Notes: generated from the letters alone by a model not told the origin. A DNA stretch of 63,854 bases, filler included, from Octopus bimaculoides (GCF_001194135.2; 5 parts of 5 records of this genome joined end to end with filler, not necessarily neighbours in it); one strand, 5' to 3'; shown: positions 11,107 to 23,483, counted from the first letter of the whole stretch. Translations and numbers: made by a program.

Positions 11107-11739
11107 TACATATATATATATATCTATATATACATATATTAATATATTTATATAAATACATATATATATCTATATATATATAAGCTNNNNNNNNNNNNNN
11201 NNNNNNNNNNNNNNNNNNNNNNNNNNNNNNNNNNNNNNNNNNNNNNNNNNNNNNNNNNNNNNNNNNNNNNNNNNNNNNNNNNNNNNNNNNNNNNNNNNNN
11301 NNNNNNNNNNNNNNNNNNNNNNNNNNNNNNNNNNNNNNNNNNNNNNNNNNNNNNNNNNNNNNNNNNNNNNNNNNNNNNNNNNNNNNNNNNNNNNNNNNNN
11401 NNNNNNNNNNNNNNNNNNNNNNNNNNNNNNNNNNNNNNNNNNNNNNNNNNNNNNNNNNNNNNNNNNNNNNNNNNNNNNNNNNNNNNNNNNNNNNNNNNNN
11501 NNNNNNNNNNNNNNNNNNNNNNNNNNNNNNNNNNNNNNNNNNNNNNNNNNNNNNNNNNNNNNNNNNNNNNNNNNNNNNNNNNNNNNNNNNNNNNNNNNNN
11601 NNNNNNNNNNNNNNNNNNNNNNNNNNNNNNNNNNNNNNNNNNNNNNNNNNNNNNNNNNNNNNNNNNNNNNNNNNNNNNNNNNNNNNNNNNNNNNNNNNNN
11701 NNNNNNNNNNNNNNNNNNNNNNNNNNNNNNNNNNNNNNG

Positions 11740-11948
11740 GCCGTTTTCGTGCGGGTGACACGTAAAAGCACCCACTACACTCTCTGAGTGGTTGGCGTTA
11801 GGAAGGGCATCCAGCTGTAGAAACTCTGCCAAATCAGACTGGAGCCTGGTGTTGCCATCCGGTTTCACCAGTCCTCAGTCAAATCGTCCAACCCATGCTA
11901 GCATGGAAAGCGGACGTTAAACGATGATGATGATGATGATGATGATGA
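11740..11948 (+). mobile_element. RTE LINE 3' end (family B)
   Basis: GGAAGGGCATCCAGCTGTAGAAAC core and GGACGTTAAAC(GAT)n tail. Confidence 0.85.
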
Positions 11949-12767
11949 TATATATATATATATATATACACGTATACAAATATATATATATACACACACA
12001 CACACATAATTAAATGAGTATAGAGGTCGATTCATTCATGTAAAAATTCTAAGAATTCTGGGAGGTGACTGAAACAAATATGAAAAAGCGGGGTGGGGGG
12101 AGCACAAAACCCCCACTCTCCCTAGTCATGTCTATACGTACTTAAGTAGATATATGTGTCATGGAAATGCAGTAGAAGGCACCATGAAACACCACCACCC
12201 TACCTACACATGCCCACACTTTAGCATCACAAGATGAAGCACATACACACACACACACACGTATATATATACCAATACACATAGACCAATATACACAGTC
12301 TATTACCTATTAATTTCTTTCTCTTTCTCTCTCTCCCTCATTCAAACATCAACACTTGAACAAACCTGTCTGCCTTCATCTTTCTATCTATCTAGCTTAT
12401 GTTTGTCTGTCTATCTATCTATCTATAATATCTATCTAGCTAGCTAGCAATCTGTCTATCCAGCTTTCTATCTATCTATCTATCTATCTACAAATTGTGA
12501 CATTAAGGACCGAGGTTACTGTGGTCTTTTCCGTAGGTTTTTCTTTCCACGGATAACCTCCCCATTTATTGGGAAATTTTTGTAATATTTTCCATTTTTT
12601 TTTTTTTTGTGTACATACCCCAAACGTTTTCTCGATGCCTTTTCATCGTTATCCCCATTTTAATTTTTTTTTACTTTATTTTCATCCCCATCGAAAAGAA
12701 AAAAGTCTACATTGTATTTGTCCCATCTATGTTGAGCCCTGTGTGGCTAATAAAAGAAATCTATCTA

Positions 12768-12805
<38 letters not shown>

Positions 12806-13857
12806 TATATCCATCCATTTGTATCTGTTTGTTCGTCTGTATGTCTGTCTGTGTTTTTGCGCATCTGTGTGTGTGTGTGCATGTATGTATGTATGTACGT
12901 ACGTACGTATGTATATGAGAGGTGTGTGTGCGTGTATGTGTGTATGTATGTATATGAGAGAAATTCTCACATTTATACACAGTCCTCAACCATCATNNNN
13001 NNNNNNNNNNNNNNNNNNNNNNNNNNNNNNNNNNNNNNNNNNNNNNNNNNNNNNNNNNNNNNNNNNNNNNNNNNNNNNNNNNNNNNNNNNNNNNNNNNNN
13101 NNNNNNNNNNNNNNNNNNNNNNNNNNNNNNNNNNNNNNNNNNNNNNNNNNNNNNNNNNNNNNNNNNNNNNNNNNNNNNNNNNNNNNNNNNNNNNNNNNNN
13201 NNNNNNNNNNNNNNNNNNNNNNNNNNNNNNNNNNNNNNNNNNNNNNNNNNNNNNNNNNNNNNNNNNNNNNNNNNNNNNNNNNNNNNNNNNNNNNNNNNNN
13301 NNNNNNNNNNNNNNNNNNNNNNNNNNNNNNNNNNNNNNNNNNNNNNNNNNNNNNNNNNNNNNNNNNNNNNNNNNNNNNNNNNNNNNNNNNNNNNNNNNNN
13401 NNNNNNNNNNNNNNNNNNNNNNNNNNNNNNNNNNNNNNNNNNNNNNNNNNNNNNNNNNNNNNNNNNNNNNNNNNNNNNNNNNNNNNNNNNNNNNNNNNNN
13501 NNNNNNNNNNNNNNNNNNNNNNNNNNNNNNNNNNNNNNNNNNNNNNNNNNNNNNNNNNNNNNNNNNNNNNNNNNNNNNNNNNNNNNNNNNNNNNNNNGAG
13601 ATAAAGCAAGAGAGGAGGTAGTAGCCGTATGGAACAGTGAGGTGGTAGGAGGTGTGACCTACATAATCACTCCTCCCACCTGCTAGCACAGCTGACATTC
13701 CGACACCCAGATACTTAACCAATGATGGTGGTGGTGGTGGTGGGGGGTCCTCTCTATGTGGTCGTTTGGTTTGCTGGAAATAACAGCCAAAGAACTCTCG
13801 GCGTCACAGCTTGCTGCTGGAAACAAGGACAGAGTGCACAGGATAATGTAGTGGTTG

Positions 13858-13896
<39 letters not shown>

Positions 13897-14197
13897 CGTG
13901 TGTATATGTGTATATATATATATGGCAGGTTGGTCATTGCTAGAATGCCCTTCTGTCAGAGGTTTGGTTTAGGAAGGATGACCAGGGGCTAAAGAGCAAT
14001 GCCTAGATATAGCTTTTTCCTGTGATGCATGTATCTACCTATACACACACATCCACACAGACAGATACACACACATACACAAACAGATACACACACATAC
14101 ACAGACAGATACACACTTATATACTCACACATACATATATATATATATACATGTAAATATACACTCACTTGTATATATACACACATCTATATGTAAA

Positions 14198-14355
14198 TGT
14201 GGCTTTGTGGTAAGAAGTTTTCTTCCCAACCACATGGTTCTGGGTTCAGTCCCACTTTGTGACACCTTGGGATTAAGTGTCTTCTACTATAGCCATGGGA
14301 CAACCAAAGCCTTGGGTGGATTTGGTGGACAAAAATTTAAAGAAGCCCATCGTGT
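14198..14355 (+). mobile_element. SINE family A, 5' half
   Basis: Head and core match; ends in (TA)n at a gap. Confidence 0.8.
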
Positions 14356-15289
14356 ATGTATATATATATATATNNNNNNNNNNNNNNNNNNNNNNNNNNN
14401 NNNNNNNNNNNNNNNNNNNNNNNNNNNNNNNNNNNNNNNNNNNNNNNNNNNNNNNNNNNNNNNNNNNNNNNNNTGAACAGCTTCAAACTTCTGATAATGA
14501 ATGCTGTCAATTTTTTTTTATAGTGAACAGCCTGTACACTGATTCTGACAGTGAACGGCAGCACAGTGATTCTCGTAGTGAATGCCTGTACATTGCTTTT
14601 GATAGTCAACAATTTATAGTTCTAGTAACAGAGAAGCTCTGGCCCTCACCACATGCAAAATCATTATGAAACATCAAGACACATCTACAACTCATTCCAG
14701 AACGCAACTATCTCTTCTTCATAGTTCAGGCAAGCATAAAAAGCAGACACAGAAATATTTACAACATCAATAGCCTCACCAGGCTCAAACACTGTGCTGT
14801 AGGGGAATGTAATATCACTAACAGCAGTAAGTACGGAAGAAAAGCAATTTAGCCATGACTAGTGAGGTCACCGCCAGAATTTGCAAGCAGACAGAGACAA
14901 ACAGGACTGCAGAGGGAATACGACATGTTCTGACTGTTACTCTACATCCTATACAAGTCATCAATGCTTGTAGATGTGTGTAGAAGTGTTCTTAGCTAAG
15001 TAGAGATGTGATATATCTTAAAATATAAATGTGTGGAGCATGCTATAGGTCTGCTAGACCGAGGGTCACCTAGGCCCACACAATAACCACAACAACAAAT
15101 AGGCAGGTAACAGAATAGAGGGTTGAATCAGTGCAGTATGTCCATGCTGCAACAGATGCACGAAGATCAACCGCACAGTGGACAACAGCAGACAGTAGAG
15201 AGAGCACAATACAAGCACGGTGTCATACTGTAGTACATAGGATTAACCATTGTAAGTCACAGTATGTAACTTACAGACATAGAAGACTA

Positions 15290-16915
15290 AACTGGACGGT
15301 GTAGAGAGTACAACGCATCCAGAGTGTGTGTGATACTGTACTCCATGTGAGAATGTGAAGTACGGACTTAAATACAAATCTGGACAGTGGAAATGAGTAC
15401 AGCACATCCAGAGTGTGCCGCTGTACTCCATGTCAGAATGCGGAGTACAAACCTCAACATACATAGATCTGGACAGTGGAGAGAGTACAACACATCCAGA
15501 GTGTGATGATGTACTTCACTTGGGAATATGGAGTACGAACCTCAAAAGAAACAGTGGAGAGAGTACGACACATCCAGAGTGTGATGATGTACTTCACTTG
15601 AGAATATGGAGTACGAACCTCAACAGAGACAGTGGAGAGAGTACGACACATCCAGAGTGTGATGATGTACTTCACTTCNNNNNNNNNNNNNNNNNNNNNN
15701 NNNNNNNNNNNNNNNNNNNNNNNNNNNNNNNNNNNAACACATCCAGAGTGTGATGATGTACTTCACTTGGGAATATGGAGTACGAACCTCAAAAGAAACA
15801 GTGGAGAGAGTACGACACATCCAGAGTGTGATGATGTACTTCACTTGAGAATATGGAGTACGAACCTCAACAGAGACAGTGGAGAGAGTACGACACATCC
15901 AGAGTGTGATGATGTACTTCACTTCAGAATATGGAGTACGAACCTCAAAAGAAACAGTGGAGAGAGAGTACGACACATCCAGAGTGTGATGATGTACTTC
16001 ACTTGAGAATATGGAGTACGAACTTTAACAGAAATAGTGGAGAGAGAGTACAACACATCCAGAGTGTGATAATGTACTTCACTTGAGAATATAGAGTATG
16101 AACCTCAACAGTGGAGAGAGTACGACACATCCAGAGTGTGATGATGTACTTCACTCCAGAATATGGAGTACGAACCTCAACAGAAACAGTGGAGAGAGTA
16201 CAACACATCCAGAGTGTGATAATGTACTTCACTTCAGAATATAGAGTACGAACCTCAACAGAGACAGTGGAGAGAGTACAACACATCCGGAGTGTGATGA
16301 TGTACTTCACTTCTGAATATAGAGTACGAACCTCAACAGAGACAGTGGAGAGAGTACAACACATTCAGAGTGTGATGATGTACTTCACTTGAGAATATAG
16401 AGTATGAACCTCAACAGTGGAGAGAGTACGACACATCCAGAGTGTGATAATGTACTTCACTTCAGAATATAGAGTACGAACCTCAACAGAGACAGTGGAG
16501 AGAGTACGACACATCCAGAGTGTGATAATGTACTTCACTTCAGAATATAGAGTACGAACCTCAACGGAGAGAGTACAACACATCCAGAGTGTGATAATGT
16601 ACTTCACTTCTGAATATAGAGTACGAACCTCAACATAGACAGTGGAGAGAGTACAACACATCCAGAGTGTGATAATGTACTTCACTTCAGAATATGGAGT
16701 ATGGTCCTCAACAGAAACAGTGGAGAGAGTACAACACATCCGCAGAGTACTGCTGTACTCCATGTCAGAATATGGAGTACAAACCTCAACAAACATAGAT
16801 TTGGACAGTGGAGAGAGTAAAATAACACCTAGAGTGTGACGCTGTACTCCATATGAGAATTTGGAGTACGAATTTCAACAAAAATAGATCTGGACAGTGG
16901 AGAGATTACAACATT
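15290..16915. repeat. 78-bp tandem satellite, about 20 copies, each with an internal dyad
   Basis: Unit AGTGGAGAGAGTACGACACATCCAGAGTGTGATGATGTACTTCACTTGAGAATATGGAGTACGAACCTCAACAGAGAC; longer divergent units at both edges; a 57-N gap lies inside. Confidence 0.95.
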
Positions 16916-16999
16916 GTATTCCATGTGGATCGTCTTGGTTCTTGTTACTGATTTGGAAATGTTTTTAAAATCAAGTTTTGGAATTTTTGAATACAGGCA

Positions 17000-17600
17000 T
17001 TCACTGTCATAGTACTGTACAGGTGTTCACCCCCTCCTCAACAACCTTGTACAGGTGTTCACCACCGCAATACTGTAAAAGTGTCCACCTCATTCCTGAC
17101 AATACTGTTCATTGCCACAGTACTGTATAAGTGCCCATCCCACCAAATATATGTGTTTACTGCCGCAATAGAGCACAATCGTTCACACCCACAGTACTGA
17201 ACGGGTGTTCATCCTGTTACGCTACCTGCTTGCATTTCCAGGATTCTCTGTCCCCATTCCATTTGTATTGTTGACCATATTTGGCATGTAAGCAGGATTG
17301 CAGTTCATGTCATCACAGACCTCCTCGATAAACCCCTTGGCCTGTCGTCCCCTCTTACCAGTTCCTTGTGTGGTCTCCCACAAAAGATATTCCTTAACAA
17401 TTTCGTCTGGAGACATACAACTGTTCACGCCACCCACAATACTGCACAAATGTTCACCGCCACAACAAATGAACAGGCGTTCACCACCACCACAATACTC
17501 TATAAACGTTCACCATAATAATACTGTACAGGCGTTCACCGACTAGCATTGTATGGGGTGTTCACCCCCACAATGTCGTACATCTGTGTGCGTTCACCTG
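17000..17600. repeat. Degenerate minisatellite of about 25-30 bp (CCACAATACTGTACAGGTGTTCAC-like)
   Basis: Recurrent TACTGTA and GTTCACC motifs; interrupted at 17222-17410. Confidence 0.65.
17222..17410 (-). mobile_element. RTE-type LINE ORF C-terminal fragment (family distinct from family B)
   Basis: EYLLWETTQGTGKRGRQAKGFIEEVCDDMNCN resembles the LLWxP..G.R.RGRP RTE C-terminus. Confidence 0.6.
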
Positions 17601-18717
17601 AACTTACTGAAAACAAACAAGTTGAATAGAAAAAAAAAAACCATGGTCATTTCTCAATGTGGACTACAACCCAAAACAGGATGCAAGGACCGAGAGGCTG
17701 CACAGCACTGGTCAGTAAACAGCTTGGACGTGAAGATTGATGGTCTTGAGACAGATGCAGCTTAGACTGAGGGACTGGACAGCTCTTCATCAGGCAGCTT
17801 GTTTGAAGTGACCACAAGGCAACCTAAAGAGGAGCTGTCAGCCCAACAGCATTGACCGGTTGGGGGGGGGGGCATGTGCGCGTGTGCTGGGACCAAAGGT
17901 CAGGGGGTCCATTGAGATCAGATCGCAGGGGTTGTAGGGGTCCAAAAGAAGAAGAAGAAGAAGAAAAAAAAAGAGAGACAATAAATAGAACACACAGACA
18001 GACAGACGCTCTGGTAATGTAAAACAACAACAAAAAAAGTGAAACCCAAACAGTGACCGTCTATTGACGGGGTGATGGGGGTGGATTTGGCGATGCTAGT
18101 GATGGAGGTATTGATGATGGTGGCTGTCTCTGAGATGGCTAAAGCCACACTGAGATNNNNNNNNNNNNNNNNNNNNNNNNNNNNNNNNNNNNNNNNNNNN
18201 NNNNNNNNNNNNNNNNNNNNNNNNNNNNNNNNNNNNNNNNNNNNNNNNNNNNNNNNNNNNNNNNNNNNNNNNNNNNNNNNNNNNNNNNNNNNNNNNNNNN
18301 NNNNNNNNNNNNNNNNNNNNNNNNNNNNNNNNNNNNNNNNNNNNNNNNNNNNNNNNNNNNNNNNNNNNNNNNNNNNNNNNNNNNNNNNNNNNNNNNNNNN
18401 NNNNNNNNNNNNNNNNNNNNNNNNNNNNNNNNNNNNNNNNNNNNNNNNNNNNNNNNNNNNNNCTATGTGGCTTGTGTGTTTTCTGTACTCTGGTTATTAT
18501 TATTTTCTTGTCTACGTTTTGTTTGCAATGTCCTGTACCCAAATATGCACCTATATATAAAGGTAGACGTAGGTATGCACATACCTGTACGTATATATGC
18601 ATATACTCATTTATTATTTGTTTTATATATATATATATCCATATATATACATATATATACACATATATACATACATATATATATATACATATATACATAT
18701 ATATATGTGTATATCTA

Positions 18718-18766
<49 letters not shown>

Positions 18767-18847
18767 ATCTATATATATATATATGTGTGTGTGTGTATCT
18801 ATATATATGTGTGTGTGTATATCTATATATATATGTGTGTGTGTGTA

Positions 18848-19100
18848 GGCATGTGGCTTAGTGGATAGGGCATTCAGCTCACAATCATAAGGTAAAGAGT
18901 TCAATTCCCGGTGACACGTGTCCTTGAGCAAAACACTTTATTTCACGTTGCTCCAGTGCATTCTGCTGGCAAAAATGAGTTGTACCTGTAATTCACAAGG
19001 GCCAACCTTGATATGTTCTGTGTCATGCTGACTCTCCCTGAGAACTATGTTAAGGGAACACGTGTCTGTGGAGTACTCAGCCACTTGCATGTTACTATCA
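18848..19100 (+). mobile_element. tRNA-derived SINE, family D
   Basis: TGGCTTAGTGG A box, GAGTTCAATTCC B box, GTGTCCTTGAGCAA(A/G)ACACTT core. Confidence 0.85.
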
Positions 19101-19281
19101 TGAGCAGGATGTGATTGTGGCGCTGGTGGTGGTGAGGATAATGACAGGTATGATGATGAGGTAGGTGATGACGAAGATGATGATGACGATAAATATAAAC
19201 AAACAAAAAAAAAAACGAAAAGCTAATTGTAACAAGACGTCCCCAGAATAAAAATAGTAACATATCGTAGAGGGCACTCAC

Positions 19282-19336
19282 CATGTATTTTGCGCAGGGG
19301 TTCAAAATGGGGGTAGAGGTGGAGAGTAGCATTACC
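19282..19336 (-). CDS. Dynamin/EHD-like GTPase, internal exon
   Basis: ttttttgtctttcag acceptor; 55 nt = GNATLHLYPHFEPLRKIH + G; gtgagt donor; phases 0/1 match both neighbours. Confidence 0.9.
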
Positions 19337-20057
19337 CTGAAAGACAAAAAAAGATCTTTGTTTTAGTTTATCAGNNNNNNNNNNNNNNNNNNNNNNNNNN
19401 NNNNNNNNNNNNNNNNNNNNNNNNNNNNNNNNNNNNNNNNNNNNNNNNNNNNNNNNNNNNNNNNNNNNNNNNNNNNNNNNNNNNNNNNNNNNNNNNNNNN
19501 NNNNNNNNNNNNNNNNNNNNNNNNNNNNNNNNNNNNNNNNNNNNNNNNNNNNNNNNNNNNNNNNNNNNNNNNNNNNNNNNNNNNNNNNNNNNNNNNNNNN
19601 NNNNNNNNNNNNNNNNNNNNNNNNNNNNNNNNNNNNNNNNNNNNNNNNNNNNNNNNNNNNNNNNNNNNNNNNNNNNNNNNNNNNNNNNNNNNNNNNNNNN
19701 NNNNNNNNNNNNNNNNNNNNNNNNNNNNNNNNNNNNNNNNNNNNNNNNNNNNNNNNNNNNNNNNNNNNNNNNNNNNNNNNNNNNNNNNNNNNNNNNNNNN
19801 NNNNNNNNNNNNNNNNNNNNNNNNNNNNNNNNNNNNNNNNNNNNNNNNNNNNNNNNNNNNNNNNNNNNNNNNNNNNNNNNNNNNNNNNNNNNNNNNNNNN
19901 NNNNNNNNNNNNNNNNNNNNNNNNNNNNNNNNNNNNNNNNNNNNNNNNNNNNNNNNNNNNNNNNNNNNNNNNNNNNNNNNNNNNNNNNNNNNNNNNNNNN
20001 NNNNNNNNNNNNNNNNNNNNNNNNNNNNNNNNNNTATATACATATTCCGTAAAGAAT

Positions 20058-20287
20058 AATAATAATTTATTTCTTTATTGTCCACAAGGGGCTAAACATA
20101 GAAGGGACAAACAAGGACAGACAAGGGGATTAAGTCGATTACATCGACCCCAGTGATTAACTGGTACTTATTTAATCGACCCCGAAAGGATGAAAGGCAA
20201 ATCGACCTCGGTGGAATTTGAACTCAGAACGTAAAGATAGATGAAATACTGCTAGGCATTTTACCCGGCATGCTAACGTCTCTGCCA

Positions 20288-20288
<1 letters not shown>
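20058..20288 (-). mobile_element. tRNA-derived SINE, family C
   Basis: Head TGGCAGAGACGTTAGC...GAGTTCAAATTCC, core CTTTCATCCTTTCGGGGTCGAT, (ATT)-rich tail; other copies at 28913-29070 and 59225-59373. Confidence 0.85.
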
Positions 20289-20321
<33 letters not shown>

Positions 20322-20844
20322 TTTTATAAGCTTAAAGTTTTTAAGTGATCACCGTGTATTGACTAAAGAAAATAGCCTTATATTGGAGTATATAAGCCCT
20401 CAATGGAAAATAAGTAGGGCTTTCTGTACACATAGGACCTGAACCCACATTGCATATATATATATACATACACACACACACATTGCTGTATATTCTTAGC
20501 ATCATTTTACCAATTAAAAACACATGCAATTGTAATTAACTTCTTAATTGACTGACTTGACACAAGTCTTCTCCAACGCATCTGTGACCTTTTTAATGAG
20601 AAGTCGTTAAGACATCAACAAATGTATAATGAAAATTCAATTAATTAATTAATTAATTAAGAAAGCTTTTTTTTCTTTTTAGGATAACCATGTCATGTAC
20701 ATGCAAACAATTTGGTCAATCCGTATATAACATAAAAGATGCTTGTCTGAAATTGCCATGCTTCTGTTGAAATACGCTGTCTCTGTTTCAATTAATTTTG
20801 AAATATAATGAAGAAGTTAATATAACATTTCCATGTTCCAAGCA

Positions 20845-20972
20845 CAGGCGTGACTGTGTGATAAGAAGCTTGCTCCCCAACCACACAGTTCTGGGTTCAG
20901 TCCCACTGCATGGTGATTTAGCAGATGGAAACTGGGTGATTTAGTAGACGGAAACTGAAAGAAGCCCATCGC
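20845..20972 (+). mobile_element. SINE family A, partial with an internal duplication/deletion
   Basis: Head match followed by a duplicated GATTTAG(C/T)AGA(T/C)GGAAACTG. Confidence 0.7.
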
Positions 20973-20974
20973 AT

Positions 20975-21320
20975 ATCATCATCATCATCATTTAACGTCC
21001 GCTTTCCATGCTAGCATGGGTTGGACGATTTGACTGAGGACTGGTGAAAACCAGATGGCTGCACCAGGCTCCAATCTGATTTGGCAGAGTTTCTACAGCT
21101 GGATGCCCTTCCTAACGCCAACCACTCAGAGAGTGTAGTGGGTGCTTTTACGTGCCACCGACACGAGGGTCAGTCAGGCAGTACTGGCAATGGCCACGCT
21201 CAAAATGGTGTATTTTACGTGCCACCTGTACAGGAGCCAGTCCAGCGGCACTGGCAACGATCTCTCTCAAATGTCTTTACACGTGCCACCAGCACAAGTG
21301 CCAGGAAGGCGATGCTGGGC
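20975..21320 (-). mobile_element. RTE LINE 3' end (family B)
   Basis: (CAT)n TTAACGTCCGCTTTCCATGCTAGC... on the + strand is the tail of a minus-strand copy. Confidence 0.85.
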
Positions 21321-21799
21321 AAAGGTGCCATCACGATAGCAAATGAAAGATGGAAGATAAAATATACAAGAATTCATTATTAATCACTACAATTGTTTCG
21401 ACACATCTAGCATCGCTTCCTCATGGGTGGGACACTCAACAACTGGTTCAGGAGCATCCGGTGGTGCAGATGTAACTTGTCGGGTGATAAATAAATAAAT
21501 AAATACAACCCGTTAAAATGACTGTTCCGCAATGTAACTTCTTGTTTTGCAGAAAGAAAAGCAGCCAGATGGAGGAAATACCTGCAGTTATATAGATGAC
21601 CAAACATAAAATCATAGATGGGGAAAAAAAGAGAAACTAACATGCAATCCAGCAAGAAAAGTATATTTAATTAGAGGATATTTTAACCCCATGAAGGGAT
21701 AGTTTCATCCAAGGAAATACTGGTTCAATACCTAGTATTTTTGAGGAATGAAATTCCCTTAAAACAATACGTATATATAGATATATATAGATATATATA

Positions 21800-22075
21800 T
21801 CATCATCATCATTGTTTAACGTCTGCTTTCCATGCTAGCATGGGTTGGACGATTTGACTGAGGACTGGTGAAACCGGATGGCTGCACCAGGCTCCAATTT
21901 GATTTGGCAGAGTTTCTACAGCTGGATGCCCTTCCTAACGCCAACCACTCAGAGAGTGTAGTGGGTGCTTTTACGTGCCACTGGCACAAGGGCCAGTCAC
22001 ACGGTACTGGCCACGGCCACACTCAGAAAGGCATTTTTTACGTACCACCTGCACGGGAGCCAGTCCAGCGGCGCT
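21800..22075 (-). mobile_element. RTE LINE 3' end (family B)
   Basis: Same consensus as 20975-21320. Confidence 0.85.
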
Positions 22076-22095
22076 AGAGTGGCGTAATCCATATG

Positions 22096-22203
22096 AACAG
22101 GAACTGGTATATCCAGGAATTGGTATCCCCAAACAGGAACTGGTATATCCAAGAACTGGTATCTCCAAACCGGAACTGGTATATCCAGGAATTGGTATCT
22201 CCA
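22096..22203. repeat. 3 x 36-bp tandem repeat built from two related subunits
   Basis: AACAGGAACTGGTATATCCAGGAATTGGTATCCCCA x3 with few substitutions. Confidence 0.9.
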
Positions 22204-22295
22204 AGATCAGTCAGAAGGTCGGGGTCCGTGTGAGCGTATAAGTAGTTGTAAATAATAATAATGGTATTTTTATATAAGCTTAAAGCATATGGCGA

Positions 22296-22460
22296 TCACC
22301 CACTACACTCTCAGAGCGGTTGGCGTTAGGAAGGGCATCCAGCTGTAGAAACTCTGCCAGATCAGATTGGAGCCTGGTGCAGCCTCCTGGCTTGTCAGAC
22401 CCCAGTCAAACCATCCAACCCATGCCAGCATGGAAGACGATGATGATGAGGATGATGATC
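22296..22460 (+). mobile_element. RTE LINE 3' end (family B)
   Basis: CACCCACTACACTCTC...GGAAGGGCATCC...(GAT)n. Confidence 0.85.
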
Positions 22461-22557
22461 TATCCCGCAAATAATCACAATGAAAATGGAGATTAATGCA
22501 CCTGCATATTTCGTCAAATATGTTGTATAATTAAGTGAAGAAATAAAAAAAAAACAT

Positions 22558-22945
22558 AGGCGCAGGAGTGGCTGTGTGGTAAGTAGCTTGCTTACCAACC
22601 ACATGGTTCCGGGTTCAGTCCCACTGCGTGGCACCTTGGGCAAGTGTCTTCTACTATAGCCTCGGACCGGCCAAAGCCTTGTGAGTGGATTTGGTAGACG
22701 GAAACTGAAAGAAGCCCGTCGTATATATGTATATATATATATATATGTATGTGTGTATATGTTGTGTATCTGTGTTTGTCCCCCCAACTTCGCTTGACAA
22801 CCGATGCTGGTGTGTTTAGATCCCCGTAACTTAGCGGCTCGGCAAAAAGAGACCGATAGAATAAGTCCCAGGGTCGATTTGTTCGACTAAAGGCGGTGCT
22901 CCAGCATGGCCACAGTCAAATGACTGAAACAAGTTAAAGAATTAA
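22558..22945 (+). mobile_element. SINE family A, best-preserved full-length copy
   Basis: AGGCGCAGGAGTGGCTGTGTGGTAAG (A-box-like), GGGTTCAGTCCC (B-box-like), GGCACCTTGGGCAAGTGTCTT core, internal microsatellite, AATGACTGAAACAAG tail. Confidence 0.9.
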
Positions 22946-23214
22946 AGAAAAGTCATACTAATCTCTGTATTCGTTAGGATTGTCGTTAATATTACACTCG
23001 GTAAAGTTATTGATAAAGGATTGACAATCTGAGCAAAATACTTCGTAAGCTCTTTGTTAATACAAATAAACCAGGCGAACAAAACGTTTTTGGATTAGTA
23101 AAGAGCTGCATGTAAGCCTTGCAGTTACCTGGAGTCCTTTTCTAATCTGAAAACACTGGATTAACAGAGAGCTTGCTCGGATTGGCAGTCACTTAGTAAT
23201 AACTCTTCATTTTT

Positions 23215-23433
23215 GGCACATAAAATACACCATTTTGAGCGTAGCCGTTGCCAGTACCGCCTGACTGGCCTTCATGCCGATGGCATGTAAAATCACCCAC
23301 TACACTCTCTGAGTGGTTGGCGTTTAGGAAGGGCATCCAGCTGTAGAAACTCTGCCAAATTAGATTGGAGCCTGGTGTTGCCATCCGGTTTCACCAGTCC
23401 TCAGTCAAATCGTCCAACCCATGCTAGCATGGA
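23215..23433 (+). mobile_element. RTE LINE 3' end (family B)
   Basis: Consensus match up to the gap. Confidence 0.85.
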
Positions 23434-23483
23434 NNNNNNNNNNNNNNNNNNNNNNNNNNNNNNNNNNNNNNNNNNNNNNNNNN

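Noticed and set aside
13740-13828. Strong minus-strand acceptor (ctctgtccttgtttccag) inside the GTPase intron
   Set aside because: No convincing donor, the translation is unrelated to the family, and the flanking exons already join in frame.
15290-16915. CRISPR-like array or repeat-protein CDS (26-aa STTHPECDDVLHL repeats)
   Set aside because: The units are contiguous with no unique spacers, there are no cas genes and the context is eukaryotic. Frames are open on both strands only because 78 is divisible by 3, and no splice sites frame them.
18848-18920. tRNA genes at SINE heads (also 22558, 32415, 32760-32838)
   Set aside because: A/B boxes are present, but they run directly into SINE bodies and no complete cloverleaf is evident.
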